Origin: Trichosphaerium sp. ATCC 40318
Lineage: Eukaryota > Protista > Tubulinea
Direction of reading: 5' to 3'
Assembly (NCBI GenBank): GCA_038496445.1
Contig: JALMLS010000373.1
Span: 62,001 to 126,000, forward strand
DNA length: 64,000 nucleotides
A program made the translations under genes and the position numbers. Positions within the stretch are counted from its first letter, which is position 1. Each line of letters opens with the position of its first letter. A model generated the notes under the pieces. That model saw only the letters and a program-made list of their open reading frames with translations. It was not told the DNA's origin and did not search any database. This document shows positions 60,301-64,000 of the stretch, one piece after another.

Positions 60301-63300
60301 GCGTTGTGTCCACCAACATTCTTTTTGTAGGTATACGACTTTCTTAAAGAGCACTTGCTTGATCCGCAACATGATCCAAATATCCAACGCGACGTTACTT
60401 TCACAGTACCTGCCAAGGGAAAACAAACTGAAGAGTATATCCGACAAATATTTGAGTATTACTATTACGTATTCAAGTACTGCAAGCTCACATTCGATGA
60501 CATTAACTACGACGGCATGAGGTAAATCAAATACTTGAGAAGCTCCATATTTATTTACAAGAAAAACCACTCACTGATACGTTTAGACGAAAGAACTTCA
60601 CCATCAGACTGTGGAACTATAAGCCATTTTTGAACTTGCGGTTTTTTGACAAGAAACCAGCGGCACTTGGTACTCATGACTTTTGGGGCAAAGAGCACGA
60701 GTTTGGTAAAGTAAGTTTCGGTTATTAGTTTATTATTTCTTATCATTTTAACACTACAACAGGGTGTCCACGACTTTTTAGCTTGGAAAAAAGTGAACAA
60801 TCCTAAAACATTGACGAAGTGGTTTCCTGAGCGTGGAGGTTTATTTACTCTTGTATATAATTACAATTGGTATATTAGACTTAATTATGTTATGGCTATC
60901 ATTGTTTGGGCACTCATTGATAAAGTACGATACAGGAAAACGAAAACCAAGAAAAAAATGAGAAAAAATTATTAAATTTTGTAATCAAAACCTTCTTTAA
61001 CCTCTTTTTAGGGTGCTTGTCCGAATGCTGTTGTTACTCTTGGTGCTAAAGGTGATGTCGCTTTTGGACTACTGATATGGCTTTTAAATTTCTGGGTTGT
61101 TGGTCTTCAGCATACAAAGATTTCTCATTTCTTTTCTGGAGTGTTTTGGTTTGGTATGACATTCGTGATATTCTACTTAAAACGTACGACAATGCCCTGC
61201 GGAAACAAATAATATTTAACTGTGTATTTAAGCTATAAAGGCTATAACGATTGATATCGGAGTATTTGCGGTGTCCTTGGACTTGATAATTTTCGCTTAT
61301 TTGCTTCTGAGGTAACTCTTTTAGTTCATTGACTTCCTTTTCTTATTACTTTATACAGAGCATTAAAGATAGTTGTCCAAGAGATTTATCTTAATTTCTT
61401 TGTATCTGTACCTTTTGATATTGCCGGTCGTTTATCAAGACAAGGATGGAGAGGGGTCTTGTACGATGACAGATCTCGAAAAACTGAAAAACTAACATGA
61501 ATTTTGTTTTAGGCCAAAGAGAGTCTTACACAAGATCCTTACTTTCCTCTTCAACCTCGTTTTTTGGGTTTCTGTGATAGCACTGAACATTGTACTATTC
61601 ACTGTGTACGTATATCACACTGAAAAGAATAAGAATTCGTATGAGATCTTAACATGCTATTATAGTTTTGAACCAACTCTTGTTCGAATTGACTTTGATC
61701 AATGCATTTGTACTGAAGAACCCAGCGAATTGAATATGCCTTACTACCACAAGAACTGTGCACTTATACAGACAAGTTGTTATTCTGGTGTTATCATAAC
61801 ATGGATCGCCACAATCCTCGTTTTCGGTGTCATCAATAACATATGCTACCAGGTTCGCTTTTCTACCTTTTCTCTTACTTCAAATCGTGCCCCTCAGAGT
61901 AACCTTTTATAGGCTGGTCTCTTAGTTTATGGTATCATATTCGGTACAATTAGACGTGTCGGAAACGTAAAGACTTGGAGTGATGTCACAGACTTTCAAA
62001 AACCGATTACGGAAAAGAACTTCAAAGCAATTTCTTATGTATTCAAAGACAGAACTGGTAAGTTCGAAGCTTGTTATTCGTTTTCATGTACACTTACGCA
62101 TGTTTTCTTTTTTAGCTCTCATAGGAGACGTATGGGAAAAGATTATAGAAGCTATGGGTGAAGAAGATATCCTAAGTGAAGAGGAAGAAACCAACTACAA
62201 AAAACGGTTGATGTCTATTCCTCCAAAGTAAGTTGTATGTTTTCTTTGTCGCCTACTAACTATTTTTGAACAGTAATAAAGAAGCTAAAAGAAGGTTGAT
62301 ACAGTTCCTATGGTCTCTTGAATCAATGACACATTGGCATAACCGCAGTCGCGAAGTTTATGTAAGTCAGAAAATGTGATAAGAGGTACTTACCTATTTT
62401 TCCTTTTTAGGACTCTTATTATACTCAACGTCATCGTGTTCGTACTATGCCTTCATGGACTGTTATGGTTCCAGTGTACAGTGAGACTATTATATACTCC
62501 ATAGAAGAGCTTCTAAGACCACCAGAGGTAAAGGTATCAACAGGAGAATCCATTTATTCAAGGAACAAGAAAATGTACAGTTACAGCAAAGTAATTTCGT
62601 TCCTCACACTTTTTAGCGTTGTTAAGGAAACAAGACAAAAAATATCAAAGCTTGAGTACCTTGCAGGAACATTTACTGAAGATTGGGAGGTATTCGTTCA
62701 ACGTAAGATCAAGCCGTTGACAGGAATATTGAATCCACAAAAAGCTTTGAAGATGCTGATCAGGGTACAACAAAAAATCTGTTTTGTGAAGCTTGTTCTT
62801 ACGCTGTTTAGTATGAATTACGAGATCCAGAAGTCATCAAACGTGTTCGTCTTTGGTGTAGTCTTCGTGGTCAAACACTTTGCAAAACAGTCAGAGGTCT
62901 TCATTATTACAGAGATGCAATAAGATTCCTTCTTTCACTTGAAGAACCAGATTTAAGCGAAAACGAGCTTGATGCGCTTGTTGATAGAAAGTTCCAGATT
63001 CTTATCACCCACCAACGTTTCAGTGATGCTGTACAAGGTAAAAACAATAATTGGCTTGAAGTACGTACCCATAATTTTGTCCAAGAGAGGATTCTTATTT
63101 TTTTCTTTTTCTGAACGAAATAAATTAGGCAATGGAGTTATTGAAAGAAGTGTACCCACATTTCGACCTTGCATTCAATATTGAGAATGCACGTACTGGT
63201 GAATTCAAGTCTTGTTGTTTTACTAGAGATACGTTTAAATGGATGTCTAAGCTAGAAAACGAAAATGGAAACCGTAGAAGAGGGAACAATGTTCCCGCAG

Positions 63301-64000
63301 AAAAGAGCTTGAAATTGAGATATGCCGTAAGGAGTTTTGTTCCGTTTTTTTTTTGCCTTGCTAATGGTTTTTGTTAGCAAGGTGATTACGTTGTTGTCAA
63401 GCGTCCTGGACCTTTGAAGCTTGGTGAAGGTAAAGCAGAGAATCAAATACATGCACTACCGTTCGCGTTACACCAAGTGATACAAGTCAACGGTACGTTG
63501 TTGGAAAAAGTAAACAAAAACAACTTAAGCTGACTTTGAACGAAAGATATGAACCAAGATAACTCTTTTGAGGATGCTATTAAAGTACCAACACTTTTAT
63601 ACAAATGGATGACACCTACAGGTATGATTATCAAACATTTAACTAAAAGTTGGAGCCACGTGTTCTTACACATAAAAAGGTCAACTAAACGAGGAAATTG
63701 CAAAGTATGATCACAACAAAGTTATCCCAAAATATCGCGTTGTAGGATTCCCAGAGCACTGCTTCACCAGGTAGGACATAATTAACCTTTTATTTCGAGT
63801 ATTATTCTAATAGAATTATGTTAGGGATCTCAGTAAAGTTGGAGAGTTTATGGGATCAGCTGAATGGACTTTTGTCACAATCACACAAAGAACGTTATCT
63901 TATCCTTTGGCAACAAGACTTCATTACGGCCATCCTGATTTCTTTGACGGATACTGGGTCAGAACACGTGGAGGTCCATCAAAAGCGTCACTTAAGGTAC
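57318..64000 (+). CDS. Fusion protein: secreted clan GH-A glycoside hydrolase - TM - FKS/callose-type 1,3-beta-glucan synthase (GT48); 3' end lies beyond the window
   Basis: GH: GYSPTPIG, WERDL.LM..AGLNLVRLW, HPAVFGYLIGNELN, ITEFGAD, EFNDEW. GT48: EAKRRL..F..SL, MPSWTVMVPVYSE, VRLWCSLRGQTL..TVRG, LGEGKAENQ, DMNQDN.FED.IK, GFPEH.FT, QRTL, RLHYGHPDF, TRGG.SKAS. Confidence 0.9.

Noticed and set aside
50674-64000. PL14 lyase and GH-GT48 synthase as a polysaccharide gene cluster
   Set aside because: They act on different substrates and are separated by unrelated genes (TBC, MORN, CENP-X); proximity is probably chance.
1-64000. Alternative genetic code or U12-type introns
   Set aside because: Long exons are open in the standard code, and TAA, TAG and TGA all serve as stops. 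I saw no AT-AC or GTATCCTT donors in the genes I traced.

Overview
Gene-dense, AT-rich, intron-rich nuclear DNA of a unicellular eukaryote. It uses the standard code, most introns are 40-60 nt, and donors are often GTACGT/GTAAGT/GTATGT. The gene repertoire is amoeba-like, which is an inference. Hand-splicing gives about 22 protein genes, two gene relics and one tRNA. In order: F-box/beta-propeller, Polo-like kinase, tRNA-Val(GAC), C2 protein, LRR-TM protein, vWA protein, EF-hand calpain, SDR, Na+/H+ exchanger, AhpC/TSA-like protein, RGS-STE20 kinase, Clu-LRR protein, F-box-ankyrin, hypothetical, giant mitoribosomal bS18, ATG5, decayed MORN gene, nicotinamide riboside kinase, a ~7.7 kb inverted duplication carrying PL14 lyase and F-box-TBC genes, F-box-MORN, CENP-X, and a gene running off the right end. 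The most notable candidate is that last gene: a signal peptide and a clan GH-A glycoside hydrolase are spliced in frame, through one TM helix, to an FKS/callose-type beta-1,3-glucan synthase (GT48). Other highlights are an F-box-TBC paralog pair that differs at both GAP catalytic fingers, a calpain with six N-terminal EF-hands, about 49 CACGTG palindromes, and GC-AG introns that all begin GCACGTG. Exon boundaries were assigned by eye. A few single-base indels suggest residual assembly errors.
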